64,000 nucleotides of DNA from Frateuria sp. Its GTDB lineage: Bacteria; Pseudomonadota; Gammaproteobacteria; Xanthomonadales; Rhodanobacteraceae. Numbering within the stretch: position 1 is the first letter of the stretch; each line of letters begins with the position of its first letter. The DNA lies in the NCBI RefSeq assembly GCF_035695185.1, contig NZ_DASSES010000105.1, positions 1,107-65,106 on the forward strand, in the 5' to 3' direction. The position numbers and the translations under genes are program-made. Positions 8,053 through 17,258 of the stretch are shown one piece after another. The notes under the pieces were generated by a model. It was not told the DNA's origin and did not search any database. It was given only the letters and a program-made list of their open reading frames with translations.

Positions 8053-10143
8053 ATGAAAGCTTTGCTCGCAGCACTTGCCGTGGCTCTGGTTTCGATGCCG
8101 GCCGTGGCGGTCGACCTGGAAACCCATACCCCCCACCCGTTCAACGTGCGCGACCTGGTGATGATGGACCGGGTCAGCGACCCGCAGCTGTCGCCCGACG
8201 GCCGTTACGCCGCGTTCGGCGTGCGCAGCACCGACTACGCCGCCAACAAGGGCGTCAATGCGATCTACGTGCTGGACCTGAAGAAGGGCGGCGACCCGGT
8301 GAAGGTGGTGGAGAAGGGCGGTTCGGCGCGCTGGGCGCCCGACGGGCACGCGCTCTATTACGTGGCCCCGGCCGATGGCGTGGCGCAGTTGTGGCGGGTG
8401 GACCTGGGCAGCGGCGGCAGCCTGGACCTGGCCGGGCACCCGGCCGCGGTGCAGGTCAGCCACGGCGTGCTTGACCTGGGTGGCTACAAGCTCTCGCCGG
8501 ACGGCAAGAGCGCGCTGCTCTCCTACGAGGTCTACACCGATTGCGCGGACCTGGCCTGCACCAAGGAGCGCATCGATGGCCGCGAGAAGAACAAGGCGAC
8601 CGGCACGGTCTACCACAAGCTGTTCGTGCGCCACTGGGACACCTGGGCCAATGGCCGCCGCAACCAGCTGTTCGTCGCCCGCTTCGACGGCCAGGGCATG
8701 CTGCCGGCCGAGCCGACCCTGCTCAGCCGCGGCATCGACGGCGACATCCCGAGCAAGCCTTTCGGGGATGAAAGCGAGTTCGCGTTCTCGCCCGACGGCC
8801 GCACGGTCTACTTCGACGTGCGCATCGCCGGCACCAGCGAGCCCTGGTCGACCAACTTCGACCTCTACCGCGTGCCGGCCGACGGCTCGGCCGCGCCGCA
8901 GAACCTGACCGCGGCGAACAAGGCCTGGGACGCCTATCCGGTGCCCTCGCCGGACGGCCGTACGCTCTACTACCTGGCGATGAAGGAACCTGGCTTCGAG
9001 GCCGACCGCTTCGCCATCATGGCGATGGACCTGCAGAGCGGATCGACGCGCGAGATCGATCCGCAGTGGGACCGTTCACCGGGCGCGCTCACCATCGCGC
9101 AGGACGGCAAGACCCTCTATGCCACCGCCGACGACGAAGGCCAGCACCCGCTGTTCGCCATCGATGCCGCCAGCGGCAAGGTCACCAAGCTGGTCGGCGA
9201 CGGTGCGGTGGGCGGCTACTCGCTCCAGGACGGCAAGCTGCTGCTGGCGCGCGATGATCTCAGGCACCCGGTCGACCTGTACCTGGCCAATGCCCGTGGC
9301 CGCGGCCTGAAGCAGGTCACCCACTTCAACGCCGAGCGGCTGAAGAACGCGAAGACTGGTGATTTCGAGTTCTTCACCTTCAAGGGCTGGAACAACGACA
9401 CGGTGCAGGGTTACGTGGTCAAGCCGGTCGGCTACAAGCGCGGCCAGAAGTACCCGGTCGCCTTCATCATCCACGGTGGTCCGCAGGGCGCGATGACCAA
9501 CGACTGGAGCTACCGCTGGAACCCGCAGACCTACGCGGGCCAGGGCTTCGCGGTGGTGACCATCAACTTCCATGGCTCGACCGGATACGGCCAGGCCTTC
9601 ACCGACTCGATCTCTGGCGACTGGGGCGGCAAGCCGCTGGAGGATCTCAAGGCCGGCTGGAAAGCCGCGCTGGACAAGTACAGCTTCCTCGACGGCGACA
9701 ATGCCTGCGCGCTGGGCGCCAGCTACGGCGGCTACATGACCTACTGGATCGCCGGCGTGTGGAACCAGCCCTGGAAGTGCCTGGTCGACCACGACGGCGT
9801 GTTCGACGCACGCATGATGTACTACGCCACCGAGGAGCTCTGGTTCGAGGAGAAGGAGAACGGCGGCACGCAGTTCGATCATCCGGAAAACTACGAGCGC
9901 TTCAACCCGATCGACCACGTCAAGGACTGGCGCGTGCCGATGCTGGTGGTGCACAGCGGGAACGATTTCCGCATCCCCATCACCCAGGGCCTGGGCGCGT
10001 TCACCGCGCTGCAGCGCCGCGGGATTCCCAGCGAGTTCCTCACTTTCCCGGAAGAGAACCACTGGGTGCTCAAGCCGCAGAACAGCGTGATGTGGCATGA
10101 GACGGTGAATGCGTGGTTGAAGCGGTGGACGTCCAGGCACTGA
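8053..10143 (+). CDS. S9 family serine peptidase (prolyl oligopeptidase/acylaminoacyl-peptidase type), secreted
   Basis: The true start is at ATG 8053 (MKALLAALAVALVSMPAVA, a signal peptide) inside track ORF 7729..10143. A beta-propeller region is followed by GASYGGYM (GxSxGG nucleophile elbow), HSGNDFRIP and ENHWV (Asp/His). Confidence 0.9.
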   Translation: MKALLAALAVALVSMPAVAVDLETHTPHPFNVRDLVMMDRVSDPQLSPDGRYAAFGVRSTDYAANKGVNAIYVLDLKKGGDPVKVVEKGGSARWAPDGHALYYVAPADGVAQLWRVDLGSGGSLDLAGHPAAVQVSHGVLDLGGYKLSPDGKSALLSYEVYTDCADLACTKERIDGREKNKATGTVYHKLFVRHWDTWANGRRNQLFVARFDGQGMLPAEPTLLSRGIDGDIPSKPFGDESEFAFSPDGRTVYFDVRIAGTSEPWSTNFDLYRVPADGSAAPQNLTAANKAWDAYPVPSPDGRTLYYLAMKEPGFEADRFAIMAMDLQSGSTREIDPQWDRSPGALTIAQDGKTLYATADDEGQHPLFAIDAASGKVTKLVGDGAVGGYSLQDGKLLLARDDLRHPVDLYLANARGRGLKQVTHFNAERLKNAKTGDFEFFTFKGWNNDTVQGYVVKPVGYKRGQKYPVAFIIHGGPQGAMTNDWSYRWNPQTYAGQGFAVVTINFHGSTGYGQAFTDSISGDWGGKPLEDLKAGWKAALDKYSFLDGDNACALGASYGGYMTYWIAGVWNQPWKCLVDHDGVFDARMMYYATEELWFEEKENGGTQFDHPENYERFNPIDHVKDWRVPMLVVHSGNDFRIPITQGLGAFTALQRRGIPSEFLTFPEENHWVLKPQNSVMWHETVNAWLKRWTSRH

Positions 10144-10150
10144 AGAGCAC

Positions 10151-10235
10151 CCCCCCAGCCCTCCCCTGCAAGCAGGGGAGGGAGTACGTGACTTGGCCCA
10201 TCCCCGCATTTGCCTCCCCTGCAAGCAGGGGCGGG
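10151..10235. repeat. Two REP-like type-A hairpins (CCCTCCCCTGCAAGCAGGGGAGGG)
   Basis: A perfect palindrome lies at 10159..10182 and a variant at 10212..10235. The same 24-mer recurs at 14109..14132 and three times in 15799..15901. Confidence 0.85.
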
Positions 10236-10271
10236 AGTACGTGGTGACCAGCTTCGGCCTGCCGGAGGTTG

Positions 10272-10311
10272 CTCCTCCCCCTGCTCGCAGGGGGAGGTTG
10301 GGAGGGGGTAG
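10272..10311 (+). repeat. REP-like type-B element ending in GTAG
   Basis: ctcctccccctgctcgcagggggaggttgggagggggtag. Related copies lie at 10725..10760, 14171..14210 and 15729..15766. A terminal GTAG is characteristic of REP/SMAG-type elements. Confidence 0.75.
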
Positions 10312-10328
10312 CTTTTCCTCTCCCCAGG

Positions 10329-10682
10329 ATGTGGAAGTCGGGCGTGGAGCTCAGATGGGAACGTGCGCGCAAGTTGCGCAACCATGCCACCGATGCCGAG
10401 CGCCGCTTGTGGCATTACCTGCGGCGCGAGCAACTGGCTGGCTGGAAGTTCCGCCGCCAGTATCCGGTCGCCAGGTTCATCGTGGATTTCGCCTGCGTGC
10501 CTCCCCGCCTGGCCATCGAGCTCGATGGCGGACAACACGCCGACAAGTGCCGCTACGACGCCAGCCGCACCCGCCTGATCGAGGCCGAGGGCTATCGGGT
10601 GTTGCGCTTCTGGAACGACGACGTGCTGTTGCGGGTGGATACCGTGCTGGAGGAGATCCTGCGGTATCTCGGCGAGGTGTAA
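10329..10682 (+). CDS. DUF559 (Vsr/restriction-endonuclease-like) domain protein
   Basis: MWKSGVELRWERARKLRNHATDAERRLWHYLRREQLAGWKFRRQYPVARFIVDFACVPPRLAIELDGGQHAD...YRVLRFWNDDV is the typical DUF559 signature (D...ELDG). The track ORF start at 10269 reads through the REP element, so ATG 10329 is preferred. Confidence 0.85.
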   Translation: MWKSGVELRWERARKLRNHATDAERRLWHYLRREQLAGWKFRRQYPVARFIVDFACVPPRLAIELDGGQHADKCRYDASRTRLIEAEGYRVLRFWNDDVLLRVDTVLEEILRYLGEV

Positions 10683-10724
10683 CCGAGGCTCCAAAGGGGA
10701 GGTCGTTCACTCGTCTGGCTTCCG

Positions 10725-10760
10725 GCTCCTCCGCCTGTTTGCAGGCAGGGTGAGAGGGTA
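10725..10760 (+). repeat. REP-like type-B element (variant)
   Basis: gctcctccgcctgtttgcaggcagggtgagagggta has the same architecture and orientation as 10272..10311. It lies immediately downstream of the DUF559 gene. Confidence 0.65.
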
Positions 10761-10764
10761 TGCC

Positions 10765-11784
10765 CTACAGCCACTTCACCCGCTTGAGCCAGGTGTAGAT
10801 GCCCCCCACCACACCCGCCACCACCACGATCACCAGCGGATACGCCCAGGGCCGGTCCAGCTCGGGCATGTGGGTGAAGTTCATGCCGTACCAGCTGGTG
10901 ATCAGCGTGGGTGCGGCCAGCAGCGCGGCGTAGCCTGCCAGGCGCTTCATCACCTCGTTCTGCCCGAAGGTGACCAGCGAAAGGTTCACGTTGATCGCCG
11001 CAGCGAGCATCTCGCGCATGGCGGCGATCGATTCATTGACGCGGAACACATGGTCGTAGACGTCGCGGAAGTAGGGGCGCAGGTCGTCCGGGATCAGCTG
11101 CGGGTGCATGCGCACCAGCTGGTTGGTGATGTCCTGCAGAGGCGCGACGGCCAGGCGCAAGGTGGTCAGGTCGCGTTGCATGTCGTACAGCCGGCGCACC
11201 GTGCTGCGCTTGAAGGTCTCGGCGAAGATGTCCGCCTCGAGCCGGTGCAGCTCCTCACGGAAGTCGCGGACGATCGGCAACATGTTGTCGACGATGAAGT
11301 CCAGCACGCCGTACAGCCCGTAGCTGGGACCGTTGCGCATCAGCTCGTGTGCCTGCTCGCAGCTGCGCCGCGCCGGCGCGTAGGACAGCGAGGCGCCGTG
11401 GCGGACGGTCACCAGGTAGCGCTCGCCGAAGAAGATCTGCGTCTCGCCGAAGGCCAGGTTGCCGTCGACCACCTGCGCCGTCTGCACCACCAGGAACAGC
11501 GAGTCGCCATAGGCCTCCAGCTTGGTGCGCTGGTGTGCCTTGTGCGCGTCCTCCACGGCCAGGTCGTGCAGGTCGAACTCCTCCTGCAGCTTCAGCAGCA
11601 AGGGGGCGTCCGGCTCGTGCAGGCCGACCCAAACGAAGGTGCCGGGCTCCCGCAGGACGTCGCTGATCGCGTCAAGGCTGACGTCGCCGATGCGGGTGCC
11701 GTCGCCACGGTAGGCGATGCAGTTGACGACCATGCCGTTGGCCGGTGTCGGCGAGTCCGGTCCGTGCGAGCTGGCGGATGTCAT
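10765..11784 (-). CDS. corA: Magnesium/cobalt transporter CorA
   Basis: Start at ATG 11784 (MTSASSHGPDSPTPANGMVVNCIAYRGDG...) inside track ORF 10765..12054. The C-terminus has two TM helices and the WYGMNF (GMN) motif. Confidence 0.9.
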   Translation of the reverse strand: MTSASSHGPDSPTPANGMVVNCIAYRGDGTRIGDVSLDAISDVLREPGTFVWVGLHEPDAPLLLKLQEEFDLHDLAVEDAHKAHQRTKLEAYGDSLFLVVQTAQVVDGNLAFGETQIFFGERYLVTVRHGASLSYAPARRSCEQAHELMRNGPSYGLYGVLDFIVDNMLPIVRDFREELHRLEADIFAETFKRSTVRRLYDMQRDLTTLRLAVAPLQDITNQLVRMHPQLIPDDLRPYFRDVYDHVFRVNESIAAMREMLAAAINVNLSLVTFGQNEVMKRLAGYAALLAAPTLITSWYGMNFTHMPELDRPWAYPLVIVVVAGVVGGIYTWLKRVKWL

Positions 11785-11893
11785 CGGCGCATGATGCGCG
11801 GCAGCCGGGCGCGAGGCAATCGGTAGCAGGAGCGCACCGTCTGCGCGACCGGCATGGCTCGCGCGCAGCCCGCGGTCGCGCTCCGGTGCGTGT

Positions 11894-13168
11894 CTACAGG
11901 GAATGCCTCGCGCGCATGCCCCAGGCCAGCGCCAGCCACACCGGCATCGCGAACAGCAGCCAGGGCTGGTTCTGTTGCACGGTGCCGGGGAGCAGGTGCA
12001 GCAGCACCGCGGCCAGCAGGGCGAACAGCTGCAGCAGGAGCACGGCATCGGCAAGGCGCGAGGCGGGCAACCGGCGCCTGGCGCGCCACGCGGAGGGAAG
12101 CAGCGCGAGCGCGAGCGGATTGAACAAGAGCAGGTTGGCGTTGGCCCAGGCGGCGTGGTGGGTTGTCAGCAGCCACAGGATGAGCAGGCCGATGCCGGCC
12201 AGTCCCGCGAACAGCAGGTAGAAGCTGCCGAGGAGGGCGAAGCCGCTGGGCCAGAAGCGGCGGGCGAGCAGCAATACCGCAGCCGCGGCCAGCCCGGCCA
12301 GGGCGAGCGGAAGGCGCAGGTCGGGAGGCGTGGCCGGGGGCGTTTCCAGGCGGTTGGGCGAGACCAGCTCGGTGCCGGTCACCAGGGGATGCATGCCCTG
12401 CGGGCCGGCCACGCGTGCGGTCGACAGTTCCCGCGCCAGCACGGCGGGCAGGAAGCTCTCCTGCCATGCGTCGAGCGGCTGGTCCGCGTAGGGTCCCAGC
12501 CCGAGGTCGAGCAGCAGCATCAGCCACGGCTGCGCGCTCATCAGGCGGACGGTCTGCTGGCGGTAGGTCATGCCGCCCGGGCGGGCGGTGAGCTGGGCCT
12601 GGAGCACCCCGCCGAGCGCGCGGTCCAGTGCGTCGCGCACGCGCGTGGTGCAGTTGTCGACGTAGTAGTCGTAATCGTAGCGCGCGTTTTCCGGGCGCAG
12701 GTTCCACAGCAGGAAGTCGCGCAGTGCGGCGGCCTGTGCCGGCGTGAAATCGAGCCGTTGGCGGGTGACGGAACGGCCGGCCTGGATGTACCAGTCCTCG
12801 TCCAGCGTCGCGGGCGCGGCATCCATCAGGTAGTGCATGCGCCCGCGCGCAAAGTTGAGCAGGAACCCGCGCTCGTCGAAGTCGAACACGCCGTAGTTGA
12901 AGTTGTAGGCCTCGCCACTGACCGTGTCGCGCACCTCGATGGCGTCGTGGCCGAACCGTTCCCAGTAGGTCTCGCCGGGTCCGTAGGTGATCAGCGAGAC
13001 CTCGAGGTTTGCCCCCGGGGCATTGGCGACGCCGGCGTGGGCGCGCGGGACCAGGACGAGCGCGAGGAGCAGGCAAAGCCAGGCGCGCCCCAGGCAGGAG
13101 CGCACCTTGTGTGCGACGGGGCTGGCGGGACGATGGCGGCCACCGCGCACGAGGTGTGCTTCAGGCAT
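11894..13168 (-). CDS. DUF4105 (Lnb N-terminal periplasmic domain) membrane protein
   Basis: Signal/TM segment followed by LITYGPGETYWERFGHDAIEV...NFNYGVFDF...ARYDYDYYVDNCTTRVRDALD, the DUF4105 signature as I recall it. The C-terminal third has 4-5 TM helices. The start overlaps the corC stop by 8 nt. Confidence 0.8.
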   Translation of the reverse strand: MPEAHLVRGGRHRPASPVAHKVRSCLGRAWLCLLLALVLVPRAHAGVANAPGANLEVSLITYGPGETYWERFGHDAIEVRDTVSGEAYNFNYGVFDFDERGFLLNFARGRMHYLMDAAPATLDEDWYIQAGRSVTRQRLDFTPAQAAALRDFLLWNLRPENARYDYDYYVDNCTTRVRDALDRALGGVLQAQLTARPGGMTYRQQTVRLMSAQPWLMLLLDLGLGPYADQPLDAWQESFLPAVLARELSTARVAGPQGMHPLVTGTELVSPNRLETPPATPPDLRLPLALAGLAAAAVLLLARRFWPSGFALLGSFYLLFAGLAGIGLLILWLLTTHHAAWANANLLLFNPLALALLPSAWRARRRLPASRLADAVLLLQLFALLAAVLLHLLPGTVQQNQPWLLFAMPVWLALAWGMRARHSL

Positions 13169-14015
13169 CGAGCGCCTGCCGGGTCACGTGGAACTGCTGC
13201 ACGCGTCGGTCGTCGGCTTCGGTGACGATGAACAGGTAGCCGCCGAACACCACTTCCTCGCCCGCCTCGGGCAGGTGGCCGAACTCGGCGGTCGCCATGC
13301 CGCCCACGGTGTCGAACTCCTCGTCGGAGAAGGTCGCGCCGGTCTGCTCGTTGAAGTCGGCGATGGGGGTCAGCGCGCTGACCATCCAGCCGCCGCCGGG
13401 CAGTTCGTGCATCAGGCTCGGCTCGTCCTCGTCGTCGTGCTCGTCGTCGATTTCGCCGACGATCTGCTCCAGCACATCCTCGATGGTGATCAGGCCGGCA
13501 ACGCCGCCGTACTCGTCCACCACCAGCGCCATGTGGTTGCGCGAGCGGCGGAATTCCGCCAGCAGCACGTTCAGGCGCATCGATTCGGGAATCAGGACCG
13601 CCGGGCGCAGCAACAGGCCCAGGTCGAAGCCCTCGCCGTCGCCGAAATACTTGAGCAGGTCCTTGGCCAGCAGGATCCCGACGATCTCGTCCTTGTCCTC
13701 GCCATGCACGGGAAAGCGCGAGTGGCCCGATTCGACCACCTTGGCGAGGATTTCCGGCAGCGAGGCATCCGCCGCGATCATCACGATCTGCGCGCGCGGG
13801 ACCATGACGTCGTCCACGCTGAGCTCGGTGACCTTGAGCGCACCCTCCACCATGGTGAGGGTGTCGTTGGACAACAGGCCGTTGGCCTGGGCGGCGCGCA
13901 ATTCCTCGATCAGTTCGTCGCGGTTGCGCGGTTCGCCGGAAAACAGGTGGCCCAGACGATCCCACCAGGAGCGGTGGGGGGCCGGGCCGTTGGTACTGCC
14001 AGGGTCGTCGTTCAT
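13161..14015 (-). CDS. corC: CBS-pair/CorC_HlyC domain protein (magnesium/cobalt efflux-related CorC/YbeX)
   Basis: MNDDPGST...WWDRLGHLFSGEPRNRDELIEELR, then a CBS pair and a C-terminal transporter-associated domain. It sits in conserved synteny after ybeY. Confidence 0.9.
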   Translation of the reverse strand: MNDDPGSTNGPAPHRSWWDRLGHLFSGEPRNRDELIEELRAAQANGLLSNDTLTMVEGALKVTELSVDDVMVPRAQIVMIAADASLPEILAKVVESGHSRFPVHGEDKDEIVGILLAKDLLKYFGDGEGFDLGLLLRPAVLIPESMRLNVLLAEFRRSRNHMALVVDEYGGVAGLITIEDVLEQIVGEIDDEHDDEDEPSLMHELPGGGWMVSALTPIADFNEQTGATFSDEEFDTVGGMATAEFGHLPEAGEEVVFGGYLFIVTEADDRRVQQFHVTRQALDA

Positions 14016-14100
14016 CAACTCGGGAGGGAGCGCCCCGTGGAAGGGCGGAAAGCCGGAGTCTAACGGAAAAAACGTGGAGATTCAGGGCACAAGCGGGTCT

Positions 14101-14210
14101 CTCCCCAGCCCTCCCCTGCAAGCAGGGGAGGGCGCCGATGCAAGCGGGGGCGATCGCGCAAGGTGCCGGGCTCCTCCCCCTGCCTGCAGCGGGAGGCCGG
14201 GAAGGGGTAG
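14101..14210. repeat. REP-like pair: type-A hairpin plus type-B element ending in GTAG
   Basis: Type A lies at 14109..14132 (ccctcccctgcaagcaggggaggg). Type B lies at 14171..14210 (ctcctccccctgcctgcagcgggaggccgggaaggggtag). Both are in the corC-ybeY spacer. Confidence 0.8.
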
Positions 14211-14213
14211 TTC

Positions 14214-14708
14214 TCAGGCGTAGGGATCGGCGATGCCCAGCCCGGCCAGGATGCGCCGTTCCAGCGCTTCCATCGCCTCGGCGTCGGCCTCCTCGATATG
14301 GTCATAGCCAAGCAGGTGCAGCGTGCCGTGCACGGTCAGGTGCGCCCAGTGGTCGCGTGGCTTCTTGCCCTGTTCGGCCGCTTCGCGGGCGACCACCGGC
14401 GCGCAGATGGCCAGATCGCCGATCAGCGGCAGGTCGACGCCAGGCGGCAGCTCGGCAGGAAAGGAAAGCACGTTGGTGGCGTAGTCCTTGCCGCGGTAGT
14501 CGCGGTTGAGCGCCCGGCCTTCCTCGGCGTCGACGATACGGACGGCGACCTCGGCCGGCTTGCGCCGCCGGGCTCCCCGCAGCGCCGCCGCCACCCACTG
14601 GCGGAAGCTGGCCGGTGCGGGCACGCCTGTGCGGGGGACCGCATAGCTCACGGCAGTCTGGGGAGCGGGCGGCGTTTCCGCCTGGGCGCGCCGGGCCTTG
14701 CCAGTCAC
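14214..14708 (-). CDS. ybeY: rRNA maturation endoribonuclease YbeY
   Basis: [15 protein letters not shown] zinc-binding motif. The GTG start overlaps the phoH stop (GTGA). Confidence 0.92.
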   Translation of the reverse strand: MTGKARRAQAETPPAPQTAVSYAVPRTGVPAPASFRQWVAAALRGARRRKPAEVAVRIVDAEEGRALNRDYRGKDYATNVLSFPAELPPGVDLPLIGDLAICAPVVAREAAEQGKKPRDHWAHLTVHGTLHLLGYDHIEEADAEAMEALERRILAGLGIADPYA

Positions 14709-15712
14709 GCGGGGCCGCCCTTCTTTCCCGCGCCGGGCTCCTCGCTCGCCTGCTCGAATGCCTCGTACGCCCGCACGATCTTGGCGACCAGCGGATGGCG
14801 CACCACGTCGCGCGAGGTGAAGAAGGTGAAGCTGATGCCGTCGACGCCCCGCAGCACCTCGATCGCGTGGCGCAGGCCCGAACGGATGTGCCGCGGCAGG
14901 TCGATCTGGCTGACGTCGCCGGTGATCACCGCCACCGAGCCGAAGCCGATGCGGGTCAGGAACATCTTCATCTGCTCGACCGTGGTGTTCTGGGCTTCGT
15001 CGAGGATCACGTAGGAATCGTTGAGCGTGCGTCCGCGCATGTAGGCCAGCGGCGCGATCTCGATGACGTTGCGCTCGATCAGCTTGGCGACCTTCTCGAA
15101 GCCGAGCATTTCGTAGAGCGCGTCGTACAGCGGACGCAGATAGGGATCGACCTTCTGGCTCAGGTCGCCGGGCAGGAAACCGAGCTTCTCGCCGGCCTCC
15201 ACCGCCGGGCGCACCAGCAACAGGCGCTGCACGCGGTTGGCTTCCAGCGCCTCGACCGCGCTGGCCACCGCCAGGTAGGTCTTGCCGGTACCGGCCGGGC
15301 CCACGCCGAAATTGATGTCATGGGTGGCGATCGCGTGCAGGTAACGCGCCTGGCTGGGACCGCGGCCCTTGATCACGCCGCGCTTGACCTTGATCACCAC
15401 GTCCTGCGCGCCCTCGGCGGCCTCGTCGACCATCGCGTCGATGCCCGACTCGGCCAGCTGCAGGTTGATTTGGGCGCCGGTGAGCGTTTCGCTTTCGGTG
15501 GCGGCGTAGAGCGCGCGCAACACCCGCTCGGCGGCACGGGCGGGCACTTCTTCGCCGATCACCTTGAACAGGTTGCCGCGATGGTCGATCTCCACGCCCA
15601 GGCGCAACTCGACCTGGCGCAGGTGTTCGTCGAACGGCCCGCACAGGTTCGCCAGCCGAGCGTTGTCTTCCGGGTCGAGGGTGAAGTCGCGTTCGTTGAG
15701 GCCGTTGGTCAT
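14705..15712 (-). CDS. ybeZ: PhoH-like ATPase (YbeZ)
   Basis: Start at ATG 15712 ([17 protein letters not shown]...). The track ORF extends to 15811 through REP repeats. Walker A is [11 protein letters not shown], and the gene sits in conserved synteny. Confidence 0.92.
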   Translation of the reverse strand: MTNGLNERDFTLDPEDNARLANLCGPFDEHLRQVELRLGVEIDHRGNLFKVIGEEVPARAAERVLRALYAATESETLTGAQINLQLAESGIDAMVDEAAEGAQDVVIKVKRGVIKGRGPSQARYLHAIATHDINFGVGPAGTGKTYLAVASAVEALEANRVQRLLLVRPAVEAGEKLGFLPGDLSQKVDPYLRPLYDALYEMLGFEKVAKLIERNVIEIAPLAYMRGRTLNDSYVILDEAQNTTVEQMKMFLTRIGFGSVAVITGDVSQIDLPRHIRSGLRHAIEVLRGVDGISFTFFTSRDVVRHPLVAKIVRAYEAFEQASEEPGAGKKGGPA

Positions 15713-15728
15713 GGGGCTCCGTGAGTTG

Positions 15729-15915
15729 GCTCCTCTCCCTGCTTGCAGGGGGAGGCCGGGAGGGGGCTCTGATGTCGCCAAGGGCGACCCCTCCCCAGCC
15801 CTCCCCTGCAAGCAGGGGAGGGGGTTGAATCTCTAGAGCCCTCCCCTGCAAGCAGGGGAGGGGGTTGAATCTCTAGAACCCTCCCTGCAAGCAGGGGAGG
15901 GGGTTGAGTCTCTAG
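15729..15915. repeat. REP cluster: one type-B element plus a 3 x 40-bp tandem array of type-A hairpins
   Basis: Type B lies at 15729..15766. The unit ccctcccctgcaagcaggggagggggttgaatctctagag is then repeated with a 40-bp period from 15799, and the third copy has a 1-nt deletion. The last unit supplies the miaB stop codon (cta at 15912..15914). Confidence 0.9.
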
Positions 15916-17258
15916 GCGACGACGGCTTCCTCGGCCAGGTGCACCCGCCCGCGCAGCGAGTTGGTCATGGCCTCGGTGATTTCGACGTCGATGAACTGGC
16001 CGATCAAACGTGCGTTGCCGGGGAAGTTCACGAAGCGCATGTTTTCGGTGCGACCGGTGAGCTCGTCCGGGTTCTTGCGGCTGGGCTTCTCCACCAGCAC
16101 GCGCTGTACGGTGCCGACCATCGCTTCATTGATGATCCGCGCGTTGTCGTTGATCTTCGCCTGCAGCTGCGACAGGCGTGCGTGCTTGACCTCGGAGGGC
16201 GTGTCGTCGGCGAGGTTCGCCGCCGGCGTGCCGGGGCGGGCGGAGAAGATGAAGGAGAAGCTCTGGTCGAAACCGACGTCCTCGATCAGCTTCATCGTCT
16301 TCTGGAAATCGTCCTCGGTCTCGCCGGGAAAGCCGACGATGAAGTCCGAGCTGATGCAGATGTCCGGGCGCACCGTGCGCAGCTTGCGGATCTTCTGCTT
16401 GAACTCGAGCGTGGTGTAGCCGCGCTTCATCGCCGCCAGGATGCGGTCGGAGCCGGCCTGCACCGGCAGGTGCAGGAAGTTGGCGAGCTTGGGCACGCTG
16501 GCGTAGGCCTCGATCAGCGAGTCGGAAAACTCCAGCGGGTGCGAGGTGGTGAAGCGGATGCGGCCGATCGGCTCGATCTGGGCGATCGCATGGATCAGCA
16601 CGGCCAGGTCCGCGGTGCCGCCGTCATGCGTCGGGCCCTGGTAGGCATTGACGTTCTGCCCCAGCAGGGTGACCTCGCGCACGCCCTGCTCGGCCAGCTG
16701 CGCCACTTCCACCAGCACGTCGTCGAACGGGCGGCTGATCTCGGTGCCGCGCGTATAGGGCACCACGCAATAGCTGCAGTATTTGGAGCACCCTTCCATG
16801 ATCGAGACGAAGGCGGTGGGGCCTTCGGCGCGCGGCTCGGGCAGGCGATCGAACTTCTCGATCTCGGGGAAGGAGATGTCCACCTGCGGCTTGCCGCTCT
16901 CGCGCTTGGCGTCGATCAGCTCGGGCAGGCGGTGCAGCGTCTGCGGGCCGAACACGAGGTCCACGAACGGCGCGCGCTTGATGATCGCCTCGCCCTCCTG
17001 GCTGGCCACGCAGCCGCCGACCCCGATCAGCACCGGCTTGCCGCCCTGCTTGAACTCCTTCCAGCGGCCGAGCTGGCTGAACACCTTCTCCTGCGCCTTT
17101 TCGCGGATCGAGCAGGTGTTGATCAGGATCACGTCCGCCTCGGACTCGTCCTGGGTCAGTTCCAGGCCGTGCGAGGCCTTGAGCACGTCGGCCATCTTGG
17201 CCGAGTCGTACTCGTTCATCTGGCAGCCGTGGGTCTTGATGAAGAGTTTGCCGCTCAT
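15912..17258 (-). CDS. miaB: tRNA-2-methylthio-N6-dimethylallyladenosine synthase MiaB
   Basis: Start at ATG 17258 ([19 protein letters not shown]), well inside track ORF 15912..17720. Radical-SAM motif CSKYCSYC and a C-terminal TRAM domain are present. Confidence 0.95.
   Translation of the reverse strand: MSGKLFIKTHGCQMNEYDSAKMADVLKASHGLELTQDESEADVILINTCSIREKAQEKVFSQLGRWKEFKQGGKPVLIGVGGCVASQEGEAIIKRAPFVDLVFGPQTLHRLPELIDAKRESGKPQVDISFPEIEKFDRLPEPRAEGPTAFVSIMEGCSKYCSYCVVPYTRGTEISRPFDDVLVEVAQLAEQGVREVTLLGQNVNAYQGPTHDGGTADLAVLIHAIAQIEPIGRIRFTTSHPLEFSDSLIEAYASVPKLANFLHLPVQAGSDRILAAMKRGYTTLEFKQKIRKLRTVRPDICISSDFIVGFPGETEDDFQKTMKLIEDVGFDQSFSFIFSARPGTPAANLADDTPSEVKHARLSQLQAKINDNARIINEAMVGTVQRVLVEKPSRKNPDELTGRTENMRFVNFPGNARLIGQFIDVEITEAMTNSLRGRVHLAEEAVVA

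Noticed and set aside
15713-15811. N-terminal extensions of track ORFs that read through REP elements: ybeZ 15713..15811, DUF559 10269..10328, and short ORFs such as 14060..14311, 15318..15851 and 10070..10390 containing PLLAGEGWGG / LPLQAGRG / PACRGG peptides
   Set aside because: These peptide motifs are simply translations of the palindromic repeats in different frames. The same DNA recurs in non-coding spacers. Internal ATGs that restore canonical N-termini ([18 protein letters not shown]) are preferred.
15799-15915. Possible CRISPR array (regular 40-bp periodic repeats)
   Set aside because: The units are directly adjacent with no unique spacers, there are only three copies, no cas genes are present, and the repeat is the same REP hairpin scattered elsewhere in the window.
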